A stretch of DNA of 64,000 nt, taken from positions 1 through 64,000 of IMG/VR virus record IMGVR_UViG_3300008963_000001. One strand, written 5' to 3'. This stretch comes from a virus. The position numbers were made by a program, and so were the translations under genes. A model generated the notes under the pieces. That model saw nothing but the letters and a program-made list of their open reading frames with translations. It made no database searches and was not told where the DNA came from. This document shows positions 25,919 to 34,677 of the stretch, in pieces (the first letter of the stretch is position 1; the number at the start of each line of letters is the position of its first letter).

Positions 25919-27649
25919 TTAATTAGATACTCTTCCTAGCACGGTTCCGATATCTCTAAACGCAACATTATTTGCACCTTTAACAGACAGTCCTGCGAGG
26001 CCGCCGAATCCTCCTAGATACGAGTCTTGGTCGTATACTATAGAATCGGTGTTTTCTATTCCTCGCCCACCGTTAAGACCGTTTTCGCCCCAGTTGCCTC
26101 CTCGTCCGCCGCTTCCGCCTTGCGCCGTTAAGCCTCCTGAGCTAGAACTACTGCCAGACCCGCCTGCGCCTTCGCTAGTAAATGTTCCAGCGGCACCGTC
26201 TGCGGCGGCACTCGGGCCGCTGCCTCCTGAAGACGAGGATAGGCTTGACTGGCCGCCGCCGCCACCGGCGCCATAACCTAACAGATTAGGAGTGTTATCA
26301 CGTTTATCTCTTAATTGCGCAAAGCCGCCGCCGCCACCGCCGCCGCCACCGCCGGCTATGGTGCCTTGATTATCAATTAAACATTCTACAAAGGTAGTTA
26401 AGGCAGTACCTCCAGGCGAACCGCTAGAACCATTGCCGCCGCTGCCTCCGCTACCGCCATTACCGCCTCGTCCTACGATAGTTCCGTTATTAATTAAACT
26501 TACGCCGCTAGGAAAGCTTCCTGAAATTGTACAAGCAGCCGTGCTGTCGCCGGCGGTATCGCCCGAAACAACAACTCCGCTAGCAATTGTAATAACAATA
26601 TGATCAGAACCGTTCCATCCGCTGTTTTGTGCAAACGTTCTAATATCTAAATTAGTAGTATCGGAACTTACGGTAGCACGGAATGTAGATGCATCGTCTG
26701 GGTCTACATTCAAAACATTGATATCTCTTACTGTCACGTCTGGAACAGGAATATCGACTGCATTGACCGTAGCCGGAACCATGTTAAAAATTGGATTTTT
26801 AGTAGAGATAAAGTATTTTAGTTCTCCATCGACGCCGTCTGGACCGATTCCCGTAGGCGGATGATCGTCTTGATATCTTATGAGAAATTCGAGAGTAGAA
26901 GCATCACCATTGCTGTTGTCTGACACTCCTGGAGTTCTAGCAAATATTTGATAGACGTTTGCGCCGTATGGCGATGACGCATTAAATTGTTCTACCAGCT
27001 GATAGGATCCGCCGAGTCTATAAAAGTTTTGAGCGTCATTCGGCTCAATTCCGGTTTCTGGTATAACAGCGCCGAACTCGTATGTGCCTACAGTCTCAAG
27101 CAATTCAGTCCATTTTTCGTTCTGCGCACGAATTGTTCCGATGTCGCCAGTGGCGTTTCCGCCAGTTCTTTGACTGAGTATTCTAACTGTCCCGCCGGCA
27201 TTAAAGAAAAAACGAGCTTGGTCGGCTGACCCAAACTCTAGTGTTACGATTGCTTGAGCACGTTCACGCCAAAAACCGTTATATGATCCTGATCCGTGGT
27301 CTGTTATTGTAAACTGTCCGTTAGCTACGTTAAACCTGTTTGCATCGACAGTTTGAGACTCGGTTAAATATCTCTCATATGGTTCTGTTGTGTTGTCGTA
27401 CTTTATAGTTTCGTTTGCTACCGCGTCGGGCAGCGTTGGTATCGTTCCTGTTTGATGTCTTATACAATTAATTAGATCATTTTTAAGTGCTGCCCATTCA
27501 TTCACTGTAATACTATTGCTTTCGTCTACAGGAGAACTTTGAACAACTTGTCCGTAGCCTCGGTTGTTAGCACCGTTACCTAGAACGCTGGAAACAAGTT
27601 GTTGAACGGTATTATAGTCACTTTTTGCTATTTTATCATTAACGGCCAT
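25919..27649 (-). CDS. Virion tail/baseplate-associated protein with glycine-rich C-terminal domain
   Basis: 576 aa; N-terminal half paralogous to 27665-28582; C-terminal GRGGNGGSGG/GGGGGGGGGG repeats. Confidence 0.75.
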   Translation of the reverse strand: MAVNDKIAKSDYNTVQQLVSSVLGNGANNRGYGQVVQSSPVDESNSITVNEWAALKNDLINCIRHQTGTIPTLPDAVANETIKYDNTTEPYERYLTESQTVDANRFNVANGQFTITDHGSGSYNGFWRERAQAIVTLEFGSADQARFFFNAGGTVRILSQRTGGNATGDIGTIRAQNEKWTELLETVGTYEFGAVIPETGIEPNDAQNFYRLGGSYQLVEQFNASSPYGANVYQIFARTPGVSDNSNGDASTLEFLIRYQDDHPPTGIGPDGVDGELKYFISTKNPIFNMVPATVNAVDIPVPDVTVRDINVLNVDPDDASTFRATVSSDTTNLDIRTFAQNSGWNGSDHIVITIASGVVVSGDTAGDSTAACTISGSFPSGVSLINNGTIVGRGGNGGSGGSGGNGSSGSPGGTALTTFVECLIDNQGTIAGGGGGGGGGGFAQLRDKRDNTPNLLGYGAGGGGGQSSLSSSSGGSGPSAAADGAAGTFTSEGAGGSGSSSSSGGLTAQGGSGGRGGNWGENGLNGGRGIENTDSIVYDQDSYLGGFGGLAGLSVKGANNVAFRDIGTVLGRVSN

Positions 27650-27664
27650 TCTTTAAAACCTTAC

Positions 27665-28582
27665 TTAAGAAGCTGATATATTAGATACTGAGTATGTTGG
27701 GCTTGTAACGTTAAACTGTCCGGTCCCAGTCGGAAGCAACGAACTAGCAGCTTTAACTTCTACTATGTTAAAGTTTAGTTCGCCGTCGACAAAGCCCGAA
27801 GGGGGATTTGTATTTGCTGGGAATCCAGACACAACATCGGGATCGACATAATCGTCCTTTAACGACAGCCTAATATCTACTTTAGTGGCGCCGCCATTGC
27901 TGTTATCCGGTACATTGCTTTTTGCTTCGAGCAAAACACTGTTGTTTGCATATGCAGCACTCGAAAACTGTTGGAAAATAGATTGGTAGTCGTCAGTTAG
28001 ATCGTAAAAGTTTACGTCATTATTATAATCCATTCCAAATATAACTGCTCCTACTTCTGTTAATAAACTGTTCCAAGAATTATTTTGAGCGGTAGTAGTA
28101 TAGTTTTCTAAAGTTGGTGTGATTTCAACTCTAGAGCCGCTGTTAAAGAAGTAGCGGGCATCGTTTGTATTTTGAAAATCTAATGAAATTTCTAACACTG
28201 CTTGATCATTCCATTGTCCTGAGAACGCAGGGGGCGAATTGATCTGTTCAATATCAACACCGCTAGGGGCAAGTTTAAATCTATTTTCTCTAAGTTCGCT
28301 GATAACATTGGCATAATTTACTTTGGGATCTCCTGACTGGTCTCCTATTACATCGCCCACTTCAGCATCTACAACAGAAGGCAAAACTCCGTCTTGGTGT
28401 AGTTTGGCATTAATAATATCAAAACGCAGGTCATCCCACTGCTGTGCTGTAATAATATTTCCTGCAAACACCGGAGAGCTAACCACAGTTTGGCCGTAAC
28501 CAAAACTGCCTGTTCCAGGGCCCATTACCTCTACAATTAGATTGCGTAATGAGTTATAATCCGAATCTTGTATATCAGTCAT
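27665..28582 (-). CDS. Virion structural protein (baseplate/fibre-associated)
   Basis: 305 aa; SDYN...GYGQ...IT..QW..L..DIIN and ARYFFNSG shared with 25919-27649. Confidence 0.75.
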   Translation of the reverse strand: MTDIQDSDYNSLRNLIVEVMGPGTGSFGYGQTVVSSPVFAGNIITAQQWDDLRFDIINAKLHQDGVLPSVVDAEVGDVIGDQSGDPKVNYANVISELRENRFKLAPSGVDIEQINSPPAFSGQWNDQAVLEISLDFQNTNDARYFFNSGSRVEITPTLENYTTTAQNNSWNSLLTEVGAVIFGMDYNNDVNFYDLTDDYQSIFQQFSSAAYANNSVLLEAKSNVPDNSNGGATKVDIRLSLKDDYVDPDVVSGFPANTNPPSGFVDGELNFNIVEVKAASSLLPTGTGQFNVTSPTYSVSNISAS

Positions 28583-30345
28583 TACAATATAACCGCTTCT
28601 ATTTTAGTAATGCCCTCATCGTCTTTGTTTTCTAATGCTATTGCAAAAATGTGTCCTGCGTCGCTTGCAACTGCATATCCATTCTGGCCTGCAACAAGAG
28701 TATCGCCTTTGCGGACGCGGCCGCCTACTTTCATCGGTACTCTGCCTTTTAATGCAATGTAAACACCATTTTCTAATTCTGTATTCATCATAAATGCAGG
28801 GTTTGTAGATACTGCACCAATTGCTCTCGAGCTAGCGGTACATGCTGTTACTTCTGCAGATCCGCCTACTATAACCACTGTGCCAGTTTCGTAATCGTCG
28901 TCAGGCAAGTATTTTTCAGCGAGGTCGGCGTATTGCGCAGCAGTGGCTGTTCCTTCGAAAAGGTTTGCTTTTAAATTTCCTGCAGAAGTTCTAGCTGCAA
29001 TTGTATCCGCAACCGGATTAGTCTTTGCACTTCTATAATCAGGATCGGTATCGGTTGCAGCATCGTCTATTTTTAATCTATCAGCAAAGTTTGCGGTGCC
29101 TTGCAGTTGATTAACAAAAATGTCTCCTGCGCTATCCCTAATCACTACACTTTGTTTATTTGCGCTGATTGGTAATTGTATGCTAGGTAAATTATCTCCT
29201 AGTCTATCTGCGTTGTCTGCTGTTCCCTGTAAACTGCCCTGTACATTACCTACAAGAGTTCCTCTAAGATCCGCACCAGTATATCCAATTATTAAATTTT
29301 CTGCATCAATTATTTTTTGAGCACCGCCGAACACACTGCCAGTTACGTTTCCTGTTACATCGCCGGTTACATCACCGGTTAAATCGCCTATAAATGTATT
29401 TGCATAGATATTGTCATACTTTAACAACGGCGTTCCGACATTAAATGTACTGTCTGAGCCGGGCGTAATACCATCTGCATTTACAATAAGCACATCGCGC
29501 TCGTCTGTGATAGGGCTTACAACTACGCGGAATCGTAAATCATTTCCCAGCTGATTTCTAAAATACAGAACATCGTTTTCTACACTAACTTTAAGATCAT
29601 TAGTGTCTCCTAGAGTATAACCGCTATCATCAAAAGAAACACCACCATCAAAAGATATGTTTCCTCGCTGTACAAAATTCTCCGGCGAGATGCCGTCTAA
29701 AGTTAAAGCGTTTGCGGCGGTGCCCCAGTAAACATATGAATCGCCGCTGATGCCGTTGACATCTGTATTGGTTAGAGTAAAACCTTTTTTAATAGTTGTA
29801 AAACCTTCGATAGGGTTTAGTGATGTGTTTAACTGGAATTCATCGTCACTGACGATGCCTACTGTTTCGCCACCGGCATTTAATTTTAGTATTGTATAAT
29901 TAGTTCCGCCTGTGTCTTTTACTACTTGAGGCACTGCGGCAGATACACCCTGTGTATTGCTAGTTTCCGGTCCAACCAAAACGAATTCTGATCCAGACCA
30001 AGTGTACAATTGATTGGTAGAGTTATCCCACCAGAACTCGCCAGGCTCTAGTCCAGCGGGTGCTGTTGAGCCTACTTCTGCACCATTAGCAATTTTAAAT
30101 TTGGAGCCATCATAAAATTTTAAACGTTTGTTTGCACTGTCATACCAAATTTGACCTTGTAATGCTCTTGGCGGTGCCGTAGTGTTGGCAAAATTTTCTA
30201 ATAGGTGTAGGAAATTTTCATTTTGAACTTCGCCGTATCCTGCATAGTTTTTACCAACAAATCTAATATCTGTCGAATTATCAATAGAACCGTCTTCTAC
30301 TGATGTTAAAAATTCTCCGTTAAATTTATCTACTTGATAACTCAT
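28582..30345 (-). CDS. Tail fibre-like protein, paralog 1
   Basis: 587 aa; shared N-domain GKNYAGYGE..NENF..LLENF; GDVT repeats; C-terminal ADLAEKY domain. Confidence 0.8.
   Translation of the reverse strand: MSYQVDKFNGEFLTSVEDGSIDNSTDIRFVGKNYAGYGEVQNENFLHLLENFANTTAPPRALQGQIWYDSANKRLKFYDGSKFKIANGAEVGSTAPAGLEPGEFWWDNSTNQLYTWSGSEFVLVGPETSNTQGVSAAVPQVVKDTGGTNYTILKLNAGGETVGIVSDDEFQLNTSLNPIEGFTTIKKGFTLTNTDVNGISGDSYVYWGTAANALTLDGISPENFVQRGNISFDGGVSFDDSGYTLGDTNDLKVSVENDVLYFRNQLGNDLRFRVVVSPITDERDVLIVNADGITPGSDSTFNVGTPLLKYDNIYANTFIGDLTGDVTGDVTGNVTGSVFGGAQKIIDAENLIIGYTGADLRGTLVGNVQGSLQGTADNADRLGDNLPSIQLPISANKQSVVIRDSAGDIFVNQLQGTANFADRLKIDDAATDTDPDYRSAKTNPVADTIAARTSAGNLKANLFEGTATAAQYADLAEKYLPDDDYETGTVVIVGGSAEVTACTASSRAIGAVSTNPAFMMNTELENGVYIALKGRVPMKVGGRVRKGDTLVAGQNGYAVASDAGHIFAIALENKDDEGITKIEAVIL
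29338..29388 (-). repeat. 12-nt-period coding repeats (GDVT/GNVT)
   Basis: Encodes GDLTGDVTGDVTGNVTG. Confidence 0.7.
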
Positions 30346-30655
30346 GGGGGTGTCCTTGCTTATTGATATATTTATCGTCTATCATATGGCTGATATAATC
30401 GTAAACATCTGGATTATTTTTTAAAAATTCTATTATTTTATCCACAGCGTCATTATGTTTATCAATTTCTTCTATCGTCCAATTAGAGTTTGTAAATCTT
30501 GCTATTTGTTTGTTACTATCGAAATTAGGAACAGGAATTTCGGTAGTATTTCTAGGAAACAAAAAAGTACCTGGTTCTAATGGCGATTCGTCTGCTTCAG
30601 TTACAAAAAGAAAATATCCATTGTCGTCATATTGATATACAGTTTTAGATCGCAT
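30326..30655 (-). CDS. Tail fibre assembly chaperone (Tfa-like)
   Basis: 109 aa; VYQYDDNGYF...ADESPLEPG.FL.P.N.T...P...W pattern; directly downstream of a collar-domain fibre. Confidence 0.65.
   Translation of the reverse strand: MRSKTVYQYDDNGYFLFVTEADESPLEPGTFLFPRNTTEIPVPNFDSNKQIARFTNSNWTIEEIDKHNDAVDKIIEFLKNNPDVYDYISHMIDDKYINKQGHPHELSSR
30369..30374 (-). promoter_or_regulatory. TAAATA late-promoter box
   Basis: Minus-strand TAAATA 23 nt upstream of ATG 30345, inside the 3' end of the Tfa-like ORF. Confidence 0.5.
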
Positions 30656-30656
30656 A

Positions 30657-32780
30657 CTAATATTTTATACATGCAAGCAATGCTATGTTTCTAGGTCTGG
30701 TTTCGTTGCCCCCAGAAAATCCTATAGAATCAAGATCATTTGCAGTCCTCTCGGCATCATCTTGGTATAGTCCTGGCGCAAAAAGTTGTGACCCTATAGT
30801 TCCTCTGTTATTACCTACTACCGTATGATTGTGTCTTCTAAACTCGTCTGCTTGAAAGCTTGCAAAACTTCTTCCGCTGTCTACACCTCTACCGTCGTCC
30901 CAGCCTCTAATAAACTCGCCTCGCAGGTCTGGCAAATTAAATGTTGTAGAACCGTTGCCGCCTCCGAACACAGTTCCAATTTTTGCAAACAGTTCGCTAT
31001 ATGTAGCTCTTGACACTTCTGCTCCGTTTGCCTTAAGCCAGCCGTCGGGTGCAGATGACATGGCAAAATATGCTACTTGTCCTGTAAACCCAAAATCTAA
31101 CTCTTCGATTTTATTATCTACATAATTTTTTGTAGCGGCATGCAGACTATTAATAGGATCGGCATGTAAAGTTAAAAATCCAGTCATTGTGTCGCCAGAA
31201 TTCTCAACAAATTTCAGCGTTGGGTCATCCCATACCGGTTCAGAAGCGCTGTTTAAACTTAGATATAGTCCTGGAGCCGACGGTGCAACAAAACCGGTTG
31301 TGCTTGCGCCTGTTTGATAAGGTATTGCCCCTTGGCCGCCGCCAATTATATTGTTGGCTAGCGTGCTTGTGTCAGCCGAAGTAGCATTACCTTCAAATGT
31401 ATTTGCATATATCTTGTCAAATTTGCTAGACGAATGTCCTAAGTTAACAGTTTCTGAATCTTCGGTATATATTGTATTGATATTTTCGCCGCCTAGTGCA
31501 AGAGATGTCGAAGAAGGAATAAATTTTAGATAGTTATTATCATCAAGGTTGATGCTAAAACTTGTTTTTGCAGTAATGTTAGGCGATCCTAAATTGTTTA
31601 ATAACAATTGAGCATTATTTCCAATCACCACACCGTTATCTGCAATTCCTAGTGCCTCTAAAGTTCCTACGCGTTGTAGATTAGAAAATAATATAGTAGA
31701 CGCAAGCGCATCGTTTGTGAGTGTTTTTGCATTGGCAGTAACTGTTATATCTTCTGTGCCGTCAAATGACACGCCGTTAATAGTTCTCGGAGTTCTCAGT
31801 CTAGTTGCAGTAGCGGCGTTGCCTGATAGACTTTGACCAATAAATTGATTGGCTTCAACAACATTAAACCTGCTAGTACCGACAGAAACATCGATATTAC
31901 CCTCAACATTACCTACGAGATCTGCTGTAATAGTTCCTGCAGAAAAATCTCCGCGACTATCTCTTGCTACTATTGTTCCGATTACATTGTTGTCAGTGGC
32001 ATCTATGTCCCACGTTATCTCTTGTTCTCCGTTAAAACTGCTTCCTTTAATATATTCGCCAGGAACAAGACGATTAGGTGTAGGAGCAAAAATGCTTATA
32101 TCTCTGCTGCCATTAAAACCAACACCATTTATAGTCCTGGTGTTATCTAATATTTCTGCACGACTAGCTAGGCCTATCAAATTGCCATCTATTACTGTAT
32201 TATCTCTTAGAGTCATTCCCGGCGATATGCTGTCAAAACCAGGCAAATCATTAATTTCTTGATTTACATTAAAATTATTATTAGATGAAATAGCAATCAC
32301 TGCGTTATCAATCGTATGCAGTATTACCGGGTAATCTTTGCCGTCTTGTCCCCTAATTTCGCTTGATACGTCGCGAGTGGTTTCGAAATTAGCAAGATTG
32401 TTCGGTCCAACAAATTCCCAATTTGTGCCGTCGTAAACAAAAAGAATATTATCTGTGGTACGCAACCAAAAGGAACCCAAAGGAGGATTTTCTGGCTCAA
32501 CATCTGAGCGAGCAGCCGATCCTACAGGATTCCAGGAATCTCCGTCATAACTGTTTAGTGTGTTATCTACGTTATTAAACCATAGCTGACCCGATATTGG
32601 CGTGCTTGGCGGAGCATCATTGGAAAAGTTTTCTAACAGAAAAACAAAATTTTCGTTCTGTATTTCACCATAACCGGTTGTATTTCGTCCTACAAGAGGA
32701 AGTGTGGTTGTTGTATCTATTGTTCCATCTTGTAAGACAGTTAATACAGCCCCGTTAAATCTGTTTATTTGATAACTCAT
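30657..32780 (-). CDS. Tail fibre with collar domain and metal-binding tip, paralog 2
   Basis: 707 aa; shared N-domain; C-terminal GQVAYFAMSSAPDGWLKANG...LPDLRGEFIRGWD...HNH...ETRPRNIALLACIKY. Confidence 0.9.
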   Translation of the reverse strand: MSYQINRFNGAVLTVLQDGTIDTTTTLPLVGRNTTGYGEIQNENFVFLLENFSNDAPPSTPISGQLWFNNVDNTLNSYDGDSWNPVGSAARSDVEPENPPLGSFWLRTTDNILFVYDGTNWEFVGPNNLANFETTRDVSSEIRGQDGKDYPVILHTIDNAVIAISSNNNFNVNQEINDLPGFDSISPGMTLRDNTVIDGNLIGLASRAEILDNTRTINGVGFNGSRDISIFAPTPNRLVPGEYIKGSSFNGEQEITWDIDATDNNVIGTIVARDSRGDFSAGTITADLVGNVEGNIDVSVGTSRFNVVEANQFIGQSLSGNAATATRLRTPRTINGVSFDGTEDITVTANAKTLTNDALASTILFSNLQRVGTLEALGIADNGVVIGNNAQLLLNNLGSPNITAKTSFSINLDDNNYLKFIPSSTSLALGGENINTIYTEDSETVNLGHSSSKFDKIYANTFEGNATSADTSTLANNIIGGGQGAIPYQTGASTTGFVAPSAPGLYLSLNSASEPVWDDPTLKFVENSGDTMTGFLTLHADPINSLHAATKNYVDNKIEELDFGFTGQVAYFAMSSAPDGWLKANGAEVSRATYSELFAKIGTVFGGGNGSTTFNLPDLRGEFIRGWDDGRGVDSGRSFASFQADEFRRHNHTVVGNNRGTIGSQLFAPGLYQDDAERTANDLDSIGFSGGNETRPRNIALLACIKY

Positions 32781-32794
32781 TTATCGCTCCGTGT

Positions 32795-34669
32795 TTATGG
32801 TGGTAAAATTTCATCGCTAACAAACGTCCAAGTACCGCCTAATATTTGAAATGTTTTTATTATTCTTGTGACAGTTACGGACGATCCAGCAACTGTTGCT
32901 GTAGAAACATTTACATTAGTAACTGCTGGCGCTGTGCCTGTTGGTGTGACAAAAGTCGCCGTGCTTTCGTTTACTAAAGGATTTATATCTAATGTTACAG
33001 CATTATTATTAAGGATATTGCAGAGAATTCGAGCAAGAGTTCCGTTTCTGTATTCTACAGGAGGTGCTAGATTTGTTAATATTTCATTAGCAATATAGTT
33101 ATTGGGCTTGGCATCTGATAAATCAATGCTAAACACTAAGTTCCTTGTTTCAATAGTATCATCCACATACTCTTTAGATGCAGCATCTTGCTGATCGATT
33201 GGATCTGCAAGTCCTGTAATTCTAGGAGAGCCGAGGAGAGCAACATTTCCGTCTCCGTCTGGTTCTAATTCTAAATCATCATTGTTCGCGACAGTAGAAA
33301 TTTTATGATTTTCTAGGCGCATTTCTGTCACAGGCGGAATGCCAGGGCCTATATTTACTACATTCTGTGTACCAAAACTAGTAACACCAGGAATGCTTGT
33401 TATGCCGGGGCCTAAACTACTGCCATCGATAACAGTCTTTCCGTCTATTTTAAATGCTTTTCCGCTAACAAGATTAATGTGATCCGAACTTGTCCATGCT
33501 TGTGACGCTAGTGTAGGCAATAAATTTGTTCCAGTCTGGCCTTGGTCGCTCCATAGAAACACGTGATCGTTAGTTCCTTTGAGGATTAAGCCGCCGCCGT
33601 CGGCAATCTCGTCAGAATTAGAGCCGCTATCGCCGGTTTGTGCAAGCACCATGACTTTGTCTTCGATAACAAGTTCTGAAGTTTTAATTTGAGAAACATC
33701 ACCGTCGTTTATCGTTAAATTGCCTTTGATAGTAATATCGCCAGCAATTTCGATGTCACCACCGAGATTTAATTTGCTGTCTGTAAATCCAGGATATACA
33801 TTTACAGTTCTATCAGCTGGATTTATAAGAAGCGCATTTTCTTGGTTTATGCCTCGTCTTACATTTAGAATAAGATTTCTATCAGTTGCCGCGTTTCTTA
33901 AAACAACATCGCCTTGATTTTCAACCAATAATCTTGCTTGGCTACCAGAACCAACTTGAATTCCTAGATCTGTGTTGATACTAATCGAGCCGTTAATTTG
34001 ATTTGCAGTATCGGTTCTTACATAACTTGATGCAGGAGCGCCTCCTAGACTTTCGGCATTTGTAGCAGTCACATCAAACTTTAGCCCTGCTAGATTACCT
34101 GCATTAAAACCAGGAACAATATCTCCAGTAAACCCTTCTATTGTTTCTTTCGGCGTAAAACTGTCTTTAGAGAAAATACCTAACAGTATGCCATTATTGT
34201 AAAACAGAGTCACAACTCTGCTTTGGTTCAAACTGTCTAAAATAGTTTGTACTTCAATACCGCTTTTAAGCTGTGTTTCGCTAAAAGACGGTCCTAATAA
34301 TATAGTGTTTTCGCCGTCGAAAAAATACAATTGTTTATCTATGTCATTGAACCAAAGATCGCCTACACCTAATGTCTGCGGCTGGACGTTAGAAATAGTT
34401 GCAGAGCTTACAGGAACAAATGCAGTTCCTGTATATACTTTAAGTTTTAGTTCGTTTGTATCAAACCATACTTGGCCAGCAATTGGTTTTTCTGGTTCTG
34501 CTGTGCTTGCAAAATTTTCAAGCAATTGAATAAGATTTTCATTATAGGCTTCGCCGAAACCACTATAGTTTTTACCTATTAATGTCAAATCAGTAGTTTG
34601 GTCATCGATTTGGCCATCTGCTACTGTCGTTAATAGTGTTCCGTCTGTTTTGTTAATCTGATATGCCAT
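32795..34669 (-). CDS. Tail fibre/baseplate-associated protein, paralog 3
   Basis: 624 aa; shared N-domain GKNYSGFGE..NENL..LLENF; DAASKEYVD motif. Confidence 0.8.
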   Translation of the reverse strand: MAYQINKTDGTLLTTVADGQIDDQTTDLTLIGKNYSGFGEAYNENLIQLLENFASTAEPEKPIAGQVWFDTNELKLKVYTGTAFVPVSSATISNVQPQTLGVGDLWFNDIDKQLYFFDGENTILLGPSFSETQLKSGIEVQTILDSLNQSRVVTLFYNNGILLGIFSKDSFTPKETIEGFTGDIVPGFNAGNLAGLKFDVTATNAESLGGAPASSYVRTDTANQINGSISINTDLGIQVGSGSQARLLVENQGDVVLRNAATDRNLILNVRRGINQENALLINPADRTVNVYPGFTDSKLNLGGDIEIAGDITIKGNLTINDGDVSQIKTSELVIEDKVMVLAQTGDSGSNSDEIADGGGLILKGTNDHVFLWSDQGQTGTNLLPTLASQAWTSSDHINLVSGKAFKIDGKTVIDGSSLGPGITSIPGVTSFGTQNVVNIGPGIPPVTEMRLENHKISTVANNDDLELEPDGDGNVALLGSPRITGLADPIDQQDAASKEYVDDTIETRNLVFSIDLSDAKPNNYIANEILTNLAPPVEYRNGTLARILCNILNNNAVTLDINPLVNESTATFVTPTGTAPAVTNVNVSTATVAGSSVTVTRIIKTFQILGGTWTFVSDEILPP

Positions 34670-34677
34670 TTAATTTC

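Noticed and set aside
26040-26480. GC-rich repetitive DNA as a non-coding repeat or collagen-like region
   Set aside because: Fully explained by Gly-rich coding sequence, with no G-X-Y periodicity.
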